From Bacilli bacterium (GTDB taxonomy: Bacteria; Bacillota_I; Bacilli_A; RF39; UBA660): a stretch of DNA of 64,000 nt. The translations under genes were made by a program, and so were the position numbers. The stretch covers positions 75,741 through 139,740 of the forward strand of contig JAFUAL010000045.1 in assembly GCA_017460745.1 (NCBI GenBank), in the 5' to 3' direction. Positions 21,656 to 31,597 of this stretch are shown here, piece by piece. Positions within the stretch are counted from its first letter, which is position 1. Every line of letters begins with the position of its first letter. The notes under the pieces were generated by a model. The model did not search any database. It was not told the DNA's origin and worked only from the letters and a program-made list of their open reading frames with translations.

Positions 21656-23483
21656 TCTTATATTTTATGACTTTGAAGTATTCTATCAAGACTGGCTATT
21701 TGTAGCTAGTCTTGATGATAACTTTATTATTATACACAATAAAAAAAGTGATTTGGAGACTTTTATAAAGAATCATATAGATTACTGGTTTGTTGGATAC
21801 AATAATTATCGTTATGACGACTTGATACTTTCAGATATTTTAAATGGAAATAACCCATATAATCTTAGTAAAAAAATCATTAATTGTGATGAGGATGATA
21901 ATACTTATTGTGTTACCTTATTACCAAATTTTAAAAGCTTAGATTTATCGCAAGATATAAAAAGAGAAAATAATAATAAACGTATAAGTCTTAAAAAAGT
22001 TATGGGAAATTTAGGAATGTCTATTATTGAAAGTTCTGTATCTTTTAGTATTGAGAGAAGTCTTACTTTAGATGAATTAGAAACTATAACAAAATATTGT
22101 TGTAATGATGTTTTAGGTGCTAAAAGATTATACGATTATCGTAGTCAATACTTTGAGGCTAAATTTGCATTAATAAAAGATTTTAATTTACCTATCGAAA
22201 CAATAAAAGTTGATGAAAACAAATTAGTATCACTTATATTAAAGTGTAAAAAGTATAATGAACCACGTGATTATCTATCAATTAATTATTGTAATAATAT
22301 CAATTTTAAATTAATACCAGATGAAGTTTTAGACTTTTATGCGAATATTGAATACAACTACTTTAATGGAACTGATTATTATGATGCTATCAATAATAGT
22401 GGTAATGTAATTGTTAAAAACAAAAAAATTGGTAAATATAAAACTAAATTATTAGGAGTACCCGCTGTATATGGTTTTGGTGGACTACATGCTTGTACTA
22501 AAGCAAGAATGTTTGTGAATAACATAATGCAAGTAGATGTTAAATCTTATTACCCAACCCTAATTATTAATAATCATTTTTATAGTAGGTCTTTTGATAA
22601 ACCAGAATTATATGACTACATATACCAGAAACGATTAAAACTAAAAGAAATTGATGAAGTAAGGTCTGACGCATATAAACTAATTTTGAATAAGGTTACG
22701 GGTTGTATGAGAAGTAATCAGATTATGCAAGATTATCATAATGGGAATAATATTGTAATAAATGGTCAATTAATACTTACACAATTAATTATAGAATTAG
22801 GCAAATACATTATTTTGCTTCAGGCAAATACTGATAGTATTACTTTTAAATATAATCCTAAGAATTATGATGAAATAATTAATATTATAAATGATTTTGA
22901 AAACAGATTTAAGTTGAAATTTGATAAAGATAGAATTAAGTTTTTATATCAAAAAAATATTAATAACTATTTCTTAATAACTGAGGATAATGAAACAAAA
23001 TTTAAGGGACAAGATTTTAAAAATTATGAATCTAATAAGTCGATGTATTACAGTAATAGTCGTAGTATTATTAGCAAATGTTTAGTTGAATATTATAAAT
23101 CAAAAACACCAATAGAAGAAACAGTCTATAAATGCTATGAAAACAATGAAATTGAAAGATTCCAATTAATTGTTAGCTATGGTAAAACATACGATAAATG
23201 TTTTTCTGAATATAACGGACAACTTATAGAGCAACCACAAAAAATCAATAGAGTTTTTGCTGTTAAAGATATTAGCTATGGATATATTTATAAATGTAAA
23301 AAGGTTGATTTACCCAAAAAATGTAAAAACATATTTGAGTATAACGGAACATTTTATCAAAGAGAAAAAATGCCAAATTCGTATGACCATTGTTACGTTT
23401 TTAATGATTCTGTGGATAAATTTGATAAGTCAATGTTAGATTTAGATTATTATATTAATCTTTGCAAAAAGGAGTTAAGGTAA
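21648..23483 (+). CDS. family B DNA polymerase (phage type) with 3'-5' exonuclease
   Basis: Exo I FYDFE, Exo [10 protein letters not shown], Exo III YCCND; Pol motifs [20 protein letters not shown]. Confidence 0.85.
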   Translation: MNNLIFYDFEVFYQDWLFVASLDDNFIIIHNKKSDLETFIKNHIDYWFVGYNNYRYDDLILSDILNGNNPYNLSKKIINCDEDDNTYCVTLLPNFKSLDLSQDIKRENNNKRISLKKVMGNLGMSIIESSVSFSIERSLTLDELETITKYCCNDVLGAKRLYDYRSQYFEAKFALIKDFNLPIETIKVDENKLVSLILKCKKYNEPRDYLSINYCNNINFKLIPDEVLDFYANIEYNYFNGTDYYDAINNSGNVIVKNKKIGKYKTKLLGVPAVYGFGGLHACTKARMFVNNIMQVDVKSYYPTLIINNHFYSRSFDKPELYDYIYQKRLKLKEIDEVRSDAYKLILNKVTGCMRSNQIMQDYHNGNNIVINGQLILTQLIIELGKYIILLQANTDSITFKYNPKNYDEIINIINDFENRFKLKFDKDRIKFLYQKNINNYFLITEDNETKFKGQDFKNYESNKSMYYSNSRSIISKCLVEYYKSKTPIEETVYKCYENNEIERFQLIVSYGKTYDKCFSEYNGQLIEQPQKINRVFAVKDISYGYIYKCKKVDLPKKCKNIFEYNGTFYQREKMPNSYDHCYVFNDSVDKFDKSMLDLDYYINLCKKELR

Positions 23484-23485
23484 TT

Positions 23486-25045
23486 ATGAATAAGGATTAT
23501 TACAAAATATTAGGTGTAGATAAAAATGCAACACAAGAAGAAATTAAAAAAGCTTATAAGAAATTAGCAAAAAAGTATCACCCTGATAATAAAGAAACAG
23601 GAGATGAGAAAAAGTTTAAGGAAGTAAAAGAAGCTTATGATATTTTAAGTGATAATATGAAAAGATTTGCTTATGATGAATTATATAATAATGGCTCAAA
23701 GCAAAAAGATAATTACAATGATTCGGAACAAAAAGATAATTATAATGATAATTCTGAAAATGAAGATTTAAATGATATATTTGGACCTGATTTAGCAAAA
23801 AATCGTATTCGTGTTTTGTCATATATAGCTGAATATCTTAGTAATAAATATGATTTTAAACTATATAATGGTGTGCTATATGGTAGATTTGATACCAAAT
23901 ATATAAGCGATACGAAACAATTGGCATATAGAATAAATCAAGATATTAAATTAACTAAGAATCAATTTAAAGAACTTTTATATCAGCTGGAATTATATGC
24001 AGATAAGATTACAACCCAAATAAATAAAATCAGATTAAATAATGGTATTTTAACATTAACAGATAATGGATCCTATGAGGTAATTAAGGATGATGGAAGT
24101 TTTTGTCCATACAACCTTGATATTGATTATAACAGTAAATTAGAAGACGAAAAAGTTATTAAATTCTTAAATGATGTGAGTTGCAATAATAAAGACATTA
24201 CAAATATGCTTACAGAAATGATTGGTAGTATTTTAATAACTGAACCTAAGGCTCAATTTATGTTTTTTATATATGGTGTTAAAGGCAGAAATGGTAAAAG
24301 TACATTAACTTCTGCCCTAAGAGAATTTGTAGGAAAAGATTTGGCTTCAAATATTAGTATTACTGGTTTTAAAGATGATACTAAACTTTATTCACTTGCT
24401 GGTAAATTACTTAATATTGCCGATGATGCTGATTATGAAAAAATATATTTAGAGCGTTCACAAACCTTAAAATCGCTTGCTAGTGGTGAATTAATTTCTT
24501 GTAGACCAATATATAGAAATCCAGTAAGTTTTATGAATACAGCAACTATTATTTGTACAACAAATACAATGCCAGAATTTGCTGATAAAAGTGGTGGTAC
24601 TCGTAGAAGATTAATAATAATTGAATTTAATATGGTCGTAGACAAAAATAACAATAACCCTAACTTACTTGAAGAATTAACCACTGATTCTGCTAAAACG
24701 ACTTTTTTAAATATTGCTATTAAGGGTATGAATAGATTATTACAAAATAATTATTATATTACCGAAAATGAAACACTTACTAAAACATTAAATGAATATT
24801 ATCATAATTCTGATACAGTAAAAGATTTTATTGATAGTGGTATTAATGAAATAGAAAATCAATTTGTAGCTGATGTGTATAGTTCATACGAAACATTTTG
24901 CAGCGAAATTATTTGCAAAGAACCAGTAAAAAAGAATATCTTTGGTAGTCGCATGAAGCAATATGGTTATGTATCCAAAGTTGATACTAGACCAAGAGAT
25001 GATAGAAAGAAAGTTTCTAAAAGAATTTATGTTAAGAGTGAGTAA
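23486..25045 (+). CDS. J-domain (DnaJ) fused to P4/D5-type SF3 helicase
   Basis: DYYKILGV...KKYHPD...EAYDILSD J-domain; Walker A GRNGKST, Walker B LLNIADD, motif C ICTTN, RRRL; one continuous ORF. Confidence 0.88.
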   Translation: MNKDYYKILGVDKNATQEEIKKAYKKLAKKYHPDNKETGDEKKFKEVKEAYDILSDNMKRFAYDELYNNGSKQKDNYNDSEQKDNYNDNSENEDLNDIFGPDLAKNRIRVLSYIAEYLSNKYDFKLYNGVLYGRFDTKYISDTKQLAYRINQDIKLTKNQFKELLYQLELYADKITTQINKIRLNNGILTLTDNGSYEVIKDDGSFCPYNLDIDYNSKLEDEKVIKFLNDVSCNNKDITNMLTEMIGSILITEPKAQFMFFIYGVKGRNGKSTLTSALREFVGKDLASNISITGFKDDTKLYSLAGKLLNIADDADYEKIYLERSQTLKSLASGELISCRPIYRNPVSFMNTATIICTTNTMPEFADKSGGTRRRLIIIEFNMVVDKNNNNPNLLEELTTDSAKTTFLNIAIKGMNRLLQNNYYITENETLTKTLNEYYHNSDTVKDFIDSGINEIENQFVADVYSSYETFCSEIICKEPVKKNIFGSRMKQYGYVSKVDTRPRDDRKKVSKRIYVKSE

Positions 25046-25109
25046 TATTACATACTTACATACTTACAAACAAAAAATATTAAATATTATAAAAAAGGAG
25101 AAATTAAAA

Positions 25110-25409
25110 ATGAAAAAGATTAAAAATGAAATTGTAGAAGGAAATACAATTATAGATAATGTAGTTTCAAGCTTCTTTTTTGAAGAAGATGAAGCAGAAA
25201 AAATATTCTTAAGCAGATATATTAAAAATCGTATAGAAATGCTTAAATTGGAAGATTTAATCAACAAGAAAAGTATAGGAATAGCTAATTTTTTAGCCGA
25301 TTTTATACATTGCAAAGATTTGAATTTTATAACTAAAGTAATGGATATTACAAATAATGATTTAGATAATAAAAATATAATTTTAGGAGATGTAACAAAT
25401 GAAAAATAA
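25110..25409 (+). CDS. hypothetical protein
   Basis: AAGGAG RBS. Confidence 0.5.
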   Translation: MKKIKNEIVEGNTIIDNVVSSFFFEEDEAEKIFLSRYIKNRIEMLKLEDLINKKSIGIANFLADFIHCKDLNFITKVMDITNNDLDNKNIILGDVTNEK

Positions 25410-25917
25410 TTATTATTCTACAAATGAAATGATAGAAAATGTAAGTAAAAAAATGGAAAAAAATATAACAGATTTTGAAAAGACTTATAAAGGTATTTAT
25501 AAAGATTTAGATGAACTGACTAGTACAATAAATAATAACATGGATTGTTTATTAAGAAGTGATGTTTACAATCTTATAAAACATATTGAAAAAATTTTAC
25601 AAAGAGAAAATTCTGAACCTATTTTAAAAGAAAATACTAATTCTATTAATAATCTTAAAGTTACTTATTTAGCATTAAAAAACAAACTACAGGATCTATT
25701 TAAATCGGATAATAGAGAGTATTGCTATAAAAATGTAGACTATACAAGTCCTAATTATATAGATTTTGCAAATTTTATTTATAATACTTTGTCTCATAAA
25801 TTTACTTATGAAGAAAAGAAAATTATAGAGGATAAATTAGAAGAATTAAATAATCGTATTGAAGCTAATACTATGCCTGAATACTATTCAAATGCTTTTT
25901 GTGAAATGAAATACTAA
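25399..25917 (+). CDS. hypothetical protein
   Basis: AGGAG RBS; overlaps the previous stop. Confidence 0.5.
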   Translation: MKNNYYSTNEMIENVSKKMEKNITDFEKTYKGIYKDLDELTSTINNNMDCLLRSDVYNLIKHIEKILQRENSEPILKENTNSINNLKVTYLALKNKLQDLFKSDNREYCYKNVDYTSPNYIDFANFIYNTLSHKFTYEEKKIIEDKLEELNNRIEANTMPEYYSNAFCEMKY

Positions 25918-26072
25918 TTAAATACAATTAGTGTACTTTTTCTTAAAATTACGACATAATATTATGCTCAGAAAGCTTTGTAAAACATAATTAGATATTT
26001 TTCTAAAGGAATTATTTAATCAGTATTACATAAACTTTAATGATTAACTATCAAATGGAAAGGAATAAATTT

Positions 26073-26216
26073 ATGAATATAAATAAGATAACTGAAGTAC
26101 AAATGAAAATTATTATTAATACTAGTCTTTATAAAAAGAAAGTAATTGACGAACATACATTTTCAGCTGTAAATGATGTTCTGTTAAAAACTCTTAAAGG
26201 ACTACAAACAGCTTAA
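26073..26216 (+). CDS. 47-aa protein upstream of LSR1 (not in ORF track)
   Basis: GGAAAGGA RBS; MNINKITEVQMKIIINTSLYKKKVIDEHTF... shares a motif with 56804-57049. Confidence 0.65.
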   Translation: MNINKITEVQMKIIINTSLYKKKVIDEHTFSAVNDVLLKTLKGLQTA

Positions 26217-26246
26217 TAAAAACTTTAAGTAAGAAGGAGGAAGATT

Positions 26247-27983
26247 ATGAATTATGATGATATTGTTAGTGCAATCGCTCGTGGTGAAAAGATTTATAAT
26301 CTTCCACTTAGAGTTACTTATTATTGTAGAGTATCTACTGATAGTGATGTACAATTAAACTCATTGGATAATCAGTTAGATTATTATGAAGATTATATTA
26401 AATCAAAACCTGATTGGACATTTGTATCTGGATATGTTGAAGAAGGTGTAACTGGCGTTAGAGTTGATAAAAGACCAAGTTTTAAGCGCATGATTAGAGA
26501 TGCCAAATTGAATAGATTTGATTTAATTATTACAAAAGAGGCTTCAAGATTTGCTCGTGATTTAGAAGATTCAATTCACTATATCAGAGAATTAAAAAAA
26601 AATAATGTTGGGGTATTTTTTGAAAATCAAAATTTAAACACATTTGATTCTAACACAGAAGTATTTCTTAATATGATGTTTAATATTGCTCAAGAAGAAA
26701 GTAAAAAATTATCTGCTCGTGTTAAATTTGGCCATAGACAAGCAATAGCAAAAGGACACGTATTAGGTTCTTCAAATATAACCGGATATAAAAAAGATAA
26801 GTGTAAATTAATAATTGTTCCTGAAGAAGCTAAATTTATTAGAACAGTATTTGAATTATATGCTACTGGTGAGTATGGATTCCATAAATTAGCAAAGAAA
26901 TTAGCTACCTTAGGATATTATAATAAAAAAGGAAGATTTTATGATAAAGATACATTAAAACGTATGATTAGTAATCCAAAGTATAAGGGCTTTTATCGTG
27001 GACACACATACGAGATAATGGATTATCGAACTAAAAGAAGAAGAACTATTCCAAAGGATGAACAAGTATTAGGATCAGAAAAATGTACTGATGGTTCTAT
27101 ACCAGCTATTGTGTCTGAAGAAATATGGGATAAAGCAAACGAAATATTAAGCACAAGAACAGCTAGTTATCAAAATAATAATTATTGGTCCGGGGGATTA
27201 AAATACCCTTTTAGTTCAAAAATTTATTGTAAGGAACATAATACAAATTTTCAAAGGTCTCACGGTAATAGAAGAAAGAATAGACCTACTTGGAGTTGCG
27301 GTATGTATTTAAATTATAGACTTGAAGCTTGTGCCTCACCTGTTATTGCTGAAAAAGATTTATTAAATATTATGAATATAATAATGAATAATATTATTCC
27401 ACAAAAAAATACTATTATTGAAAGTATGTTAGAGTTGTATAAAAATATTGATATAAATAATAAATATGATGAGGAACTGAAAAGCATTGAACGAAGTATT
27501 AAAAGAATTGAAGATAAAAAGACACTTGCTCTTGATTTAGTATTAGATGGTGAGTTAAAGAAAGAAGAACTTAAAGTGCAATTTGCTAACTATGAAATAG
27601 ATTTAAAAAGACTTGTTAGAGATAAAGAAAATATATTAAAAGAAGTTGATAAAATAAAAGAAAGCAATATTAATATAGATAAAATGTCCAGGTCTATTCA
27701 AGAAGAAATTGAAGGAGGTTCTTTGGAAGAATTTGTTAGAAAGTTTGTAGATGAAATAATAGTTTCAAAAATTGATGACGATAGATATAATATAATATTA
27801 GATATATACTTAAACTTATTTGCAGAAGAAAGACCTAGAATTAAAGGCGCTAGACATATTGATGGCCCTACAGAAGATGAAATACTTTATTTAGAAAATC
27901 AGCAATGCGATAGTATTGAAATAGTAAGACCAGATAGGAATATGAATAAATTTACTTATAATGTATACGTAGAAACATTATAA
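26247..27983 (+). CDS. large serine recombinase (integrase of element 1)
   Basis: YCRVSTD, SRFARD, recombinase domain NPKYKG, zinc ribbon CKEH...WSC...C, coiled coil. Confidence 0.95.
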   Translation: MNYDDIVSAIARGEKIYNLPLRVTYYCRVSTDSDVQLNSLDNQLDYYEDYIKSKPDWTFVSGYVEEGVTGVRVDKRPSFKRMIRDAKLNRFDLIITKEASRFARDLEDSIHYIRELKKNNVGVFFENQNLNTFDSNTEVFLNMMFNIAQEESKKLSARVKFGHRQAIAKGHVLGSSNITGYKKDKCKLIIVPEEAKFIRTVFELYATGEYGFHKLAKKLATLGYYNKKGRFYDKDTLKRMISNPKYKGFYRGHTYEIMDYRTKRRRTIPKDEQVLGSEKCTDGSIPAIVSEEIWDKANEILSTRTASYQNNNYWSGGLKYPFSSKIYCKEHNTNFQRSHGNRRKNRPTWSCGMYLNYRLEACASPVIAEKDLLNIMNIIMNNIIPQKNTIIESMLELYKNIDINNKYDEELKSIERSIKRIEDKKTLALDLVLDGELKKEELKVQFANYEIDLKRLVRDKENILKEVDKIKESNINIDKMSRSIQEEIEGGSLEEFVRKFVDEIIVSKIDDDRYNIILDIYLNLFAEERPRIKGARHIDGPTEDEILYLENQQCDSIEIVRPDRNMNKFTYNVYVETL

Positions 27984-28049
27984 GTTTTTTTATTGAAAAT
28001 TAATTTATAAAACTGTGTAAATGATATAATATTATTACGGAGGTACTAT

Positions 28050-29282
28050 ATGGTTATAAGAAAAATAAGTTGTGATAATATTAATTATAAAAATGTATGT
28101 GGTGAATTAGATATTGAACATAGAGTTTTGCGTCTTAATTTAGATAATCAAGAATTTAAGAACTTATTTGATTTTTATGTTGATGAGCTATCAGATAATT
28201 CAAGTAAATTAAATGTTTATAAGATTTGCTATTTAGTTGATGACAAGGGCATTTATTATACTTGTAATGGTTGTATTTGGGGATATAGTAGAAAAGATAA
28301 ATATAGTTCTGTTAAAGTATATACAGCTCCTATTGATGTTATTTATGAGAACAAAATAGTTCTAGATAGCAATGTTGATAAAATAAAAATTACACGCTTA
28401 TTATTAAAAACATCATATCCATTGTACACGGAATTTAAATGGCATATTGCAAAATTTAGTATGAAGTATGATAGCAGAAAAACAATAAGCATATTAACTT
28501 CTAAAAGTGATGATAAATTTTATATTGACTTATTAGTTGAAAGTAATACTGATACTACTTTTAAAACTTTATCTAAAATTTTATATTCAATTCTTGAATT
28601 AATTTTTTTGATTTTTGGAGATATTCCAAAATTAGAAAACATAATTTTATATGATAAAAATACTGAATTTAAGTTGTATCGAGAATTAGTAGATAAATAC
28701 CACCAAAGAGAACAAATTAATCCTAAAAATGAAATAATTAGTAATATTGATTCACATATTATTACTCCTAAATTAATTCAAAAATTTATAGAATTTAGAA
28801 AAGAAACAAAAATATTATTTGATATGCTTATGATTGCTATGAATAATAATGGATATTTAGAAATTAATAATTCATCATTACTTCAGCTTTTGGATGGCTT
28901 GTCTAAAACAATTGGGCCATTTTCAAATGAAAATTTTAGGGAAATATTAGATTATTATTTCAAAGATAACAATAGTACAAATTATTTACTATCAAAAAGA
29001 GATAAGAAGATGATTAATGTTGGTACAAGTACTGATAAAGATTACATATTTATTATAAAAGCAGTTGGTCATAGAAATTATTTATCCCATTTGGATATAA
29101 AAAGAAATAGAAAAGTTTTTATAAATTTTGAAAACAATTATGCTTATTGGAAATTATCTATATGTCTAAGACTTTATATAGCTGATTATCTTGGTATTAC
29201 AGTTGACAAACAATTAGTAAAAAGTTTACTAATATTAATCGATAAGTGGGCTGTTAATAAACATTTTAGATATAAAATTTAA
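28050..29282 (+). CDS. HEPN-domain protein (ApeA-like), candidate anti-phage RNase
   Basis: C-terminal RNYLSH (RxxxxH) after a helical domain; beta-rich N-terminus. Confidence 0.55.
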   Translation: MVIRKISCDNINYKNVCGELDIEHRVLRLNLDNQEFKNLFDFYVDELSDNSSKLNVYKICYLVDDKGIYYTCNGCIWGYSRKDKYSSVKVYTAPIDVIYENKIVLDSNVDKIKITRLLLKTSYPLYTEFKWHIAKFSMKYDSRKTISILTSKSDDKFYIDLLVESNTDTTFKTLSKILYSILELIFLIFGDIPKLENIILYDKNTEFKLYRELVDKYHQREQINPKNEIISNIDSHIITPKLIQKFIEFRKETKILFDMLMIAMNNNGYLEINNSSLLQLLDGLSKTIGPFSNENFREILDYYFKDNNSTNYLLSKRDKKMINVGTSTDKDYIFIIKAVGHRNYLSHLDIKRNRKVFINFENNYAYWKLSICLRLYIADYLGITVDKQLVKSLLILIDKWAVNKHFRYKI

Positions 29283-29289
29283 TATGTGT

Positions 29290-29328
29290 CGGTATGGTTG
29301 CTACGTTCAAAATAATAACTATGTCAAG
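29290..29328. other. attR of element 1
   Basis: Arm CGGTATGGTTGCTACGTT 29290-29307; core AA 29309-29310; spoVD resumes with IITMSSA. Confidence 0.9.
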
Positions 29329-29475
29329 TGCTGTAGAAGAAAAAGTCATAGATATTTATAATGATCATTTTTATGATTCAGGAAGTGTTCATATAAATGG
29401 AACAAGAATAGGGTGTTGGAAAAGTGGAGGTCATGGAGATCAAACATTCTTGCAAGTTTTAGAAAATTCATGTAA
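29311..29475 (+). CDS. spoVD: SpoVD-type PBP, fragment 2 (165 bp between the two elements)
   Basis: IITMSSAVEEKV...RIGCWKSGGHGDQTFLQVLENSCN is the SxxK-to-SxN segment of SpoVD. Confidence 0.92.
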
Positions 29476-29497
29476 TCTTGGAATAAATACAGGAACA
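29456..29497. other. attL of element 2
   Basis: Core AA 29474-29475 (shared AATC); arm CTTGGAATAAATACAGGAACA 29477-29497 is a 17/21 inverted match to 58762-58782. Confidence 0.88.
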
Positions 29498-29616
29498 TAT
29501 TTGAATTTGAAGAAAAACTTGCAAATAATATAAATTACTCTACCAAAGTTGAGGTTTGTTCTACATACAATTTAATATATGATGGAGTTCAATATTCTAA
29601 TAGTGAGGTAATTGAT

Positions 29617-30402
29617 ATGTCTAAAACTAGTGTTATTTCTAATGTAGATAAAGAAGCATCTAAAAGAAAATCAAAATTATTAAATGTAGATACAAGTTGT
29701 TATGAAAATATAATTTATAATAAAAAAGATATTGCTATTAAGTTATTTGATGAATTTGATAAACAAATCTTAAATATAAGTAATGATATTAAAAGAAATT
29801 ATTTAATTAAAAATGTTGCATATAAACTTGTTAAAAAAATAATTGAAGTACAAGTTGATCAATCTGATATTTTAATATCGTTTTATAAAGATATAAAACA
29901 ATTTGATTATGAAAATAAATTGTCTATAAGAAAAGGATATGAAAAATCTAGTTTATGTTATTTTATTAAAATAGATAATATGGAAGAATTAACTTATATT
30001 ATTGAATTATGTAAAAAACTATACTATTATTTGTCTGAATCCAGAGTTGATCCAGTAGATAGTTTATTTAAAACTCTTTCTATTAAGATTAATGCAATTA
30101 ATTCTAATGTTACTTCTCATATTACTAATAAAGGACTAATGTTTAAAAGTAGAAGAAACTTTACTATCCTATCTAAAAAGAAGTATGGTATTTATGTAAG
30201 ATTATTAAATGTTGAAGACAATAGCAATATTCTTAATATAGTTGGTAGATCAAATTATGAACCATTGTGTAGATATTTCAAAGTTATAAATGAAAATGAT
30301 ATAGATGTAATAATACCATATATAATAAAAAGTTATGAATTATCTAAATATAATCCAATAGATTTAAAAAATAATTTTATTAATTTATATTATTCAGAAT
30401 AA
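29617..30402 (+). CDS. tandem DUF5655-like domain protein
   Basis: Two similar ~115-aa units (LFDEFDKQILNI..VAYK..LCYFIKI / LFKTLSIKINAI..LMFK..LCRYFKV..IIKSY); GAGGT RBS; frame open back to attL2. Confidence 0.55.
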   Translation: MSKTSVISNVDKEASKRKSKLLNVDTSCYENIIYNKKDIAIKLFDEFDKQILNISNDIKRNYLIKNVAYKLVKKIIEVQVDQSDILISFYKDIKQFDYENKLSIRKGYEKSSLCYFIKIDNMEELTYIIELCKKLYYYLSESRVDPVDSLFKTLSIKINAINSNVTSHITNKGLMFKSRRNFTILSKKKYGIYVRLLNVEDNSNILNIVGRSNYEPLCRYFKVINENDIDVIIPYIIKSYELSKYNPIDLKNNFINLYYSE

Positions 30403-30487
30403 TATAAATTTTTTTATACACTCATTTAAGTAAAATTCAAAAAAATATGATATAATTATTTATATAACGAACGGAAGTGATATTATT

Positions 30488-31597
30488 ATGGCTAAAAATA
30501 CTCAATTAGCAAATGCTAAAAAAGAAAAAGATGATGAATTTTATACTGAATATTCAGATATAGAAAAAGAAATGAATGCCTATTTAGAATATAATCCAGA
30601 TGTTTTTAAAGATAAAACTATATTACTTCCATGTGATGATCCAGAATGGAGTAATTTTACAAGATATTTTGCACAAAATTTTGAATTATTAGGATTAAAA
30701 AAATTAATTAGTACAAGTTATGCAAATGATAAAAAAAGTGCAGTGTTCGTTCAATTATCATTATTTGAGCAAGAGAGTCCTAAGTTTGATAAGAACAAAA
30801 CAAATTCACATGGTAAAATATTTACCTTAGATCGAGATACAAATAAGTCTGGTAAAATAGATATTAATGATTTAGAATGGGATTATTTAAAGGGTGATGG
30901 TGATTTTAGATCTGACGAAGTAAAAAAATTAAGAGATGAAGCAGATATTATAATAACTAATCCACCATTTTCATTATTTAGGGAGTTTCTTGCATGGTTA
31001 ATCGATGGAAAAAAACAATTTATAATTATTGGTAATGAAAACGATGCTACAACTAAAGAAACTTTTCCTTTAATTAGAGATGGAATTATATGGTTAGGTA
31101 AAAATGCTGGTGATATGGCTTTTAAAGTTCCAAAAGATTCAGAGCCAAGAGATACTAGATTTTGGATTGATGAAAAAGGTCAAAAATGGCGTAGTATGGG
31201 TAATATTTGTTGGTACACAAATATAGATTTAAAAAGAAGACATACAGAGCTAAAATTAATGACTATGGAAGATAATTTAAGATATAATAAGCCATTAATA
31301 AAAAAACTTGAAAAAGATTATGGTGATAATAAATATCCAACTTTTGATAACTATAAAGCAATAGAAGTGCCTAGATATGATGCTATACCATCTGATTACT
31401 CTGGTGTTATGGGTGTTCCAATTACTTTCTTAAAATTTCATAATCCAAAACAATTTAGGATAATTGGTCATACACATTCTGGTGATACGACAAAAGAAGT
31501 TGAAGAATTAAGAACTATTCCTTCTTTACGACATAGAGGTCATATTAATGGGAAACAAATTTATGATAGAATTTTAATTCAGAAAGTAGATGAATAA
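30488..31597 (+). CDS. adenine-specific DNA methyltransferase, M.EcoRI family
   Basis: [38 protein letters not shown]. Confidence 0.88.
   Translation: MAKNTQLANAKKEKDDEFYTEYSDIEKEMNAYLEYNPDVFKDKTILLPCDDPEWSNFTRYFAQNFELLGLKKLISTSYANDKKSAVFVQLSLFEQESPKFDKNKTNSHGKIFTLDRDTNKSGKIDINDLEWDYLKGDGDFRSDEVKKLRDEADIIITNPPFSLFREFLAWLIDGKKQFIIIGNENDATTKETFPLIRDGIIWLGKNAGDMAFKVPKDSEPRDTRFWIDEKGQKWRSMGNICWYTNIDLKRRHTELKLMTMEDNLRYNKPLIKKLEKDYGDNKYPTFDNYKAIEVPRYDAIPSDYSGVMGVPITFLKFHNPKQFRIIGHTHSGDTTKEVEELRTIPSLRHRGHINGKQIYDRILIQKVDE

Larger units (their letters stand above)
11271..29310. mobile_element. Element 1: 18,040-bp LSR-integrated element with PolB/SF3 replication genes and defence cargo, inserted in spoVD SxxK
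   Basis: Bounded by inverted att arms and in-frame spoVD fragments; encodes an LSR at 26247-27983. Confidence 0.9.

Noticed and set aside
21648-23483. Calling element 1 a pipolin or casposon
   Set aside because: No Cas1, and I cannot recognise piPolB- or protein-primed PolB-specific features by eye; a phylogeny is needed.
29294-29533. 79-aa ORF as a stand-alone gene
   Set aside because: It is attR1 arm (MVATF) + spoVD fragment 2 + attL2 read-through, not an independent gene.
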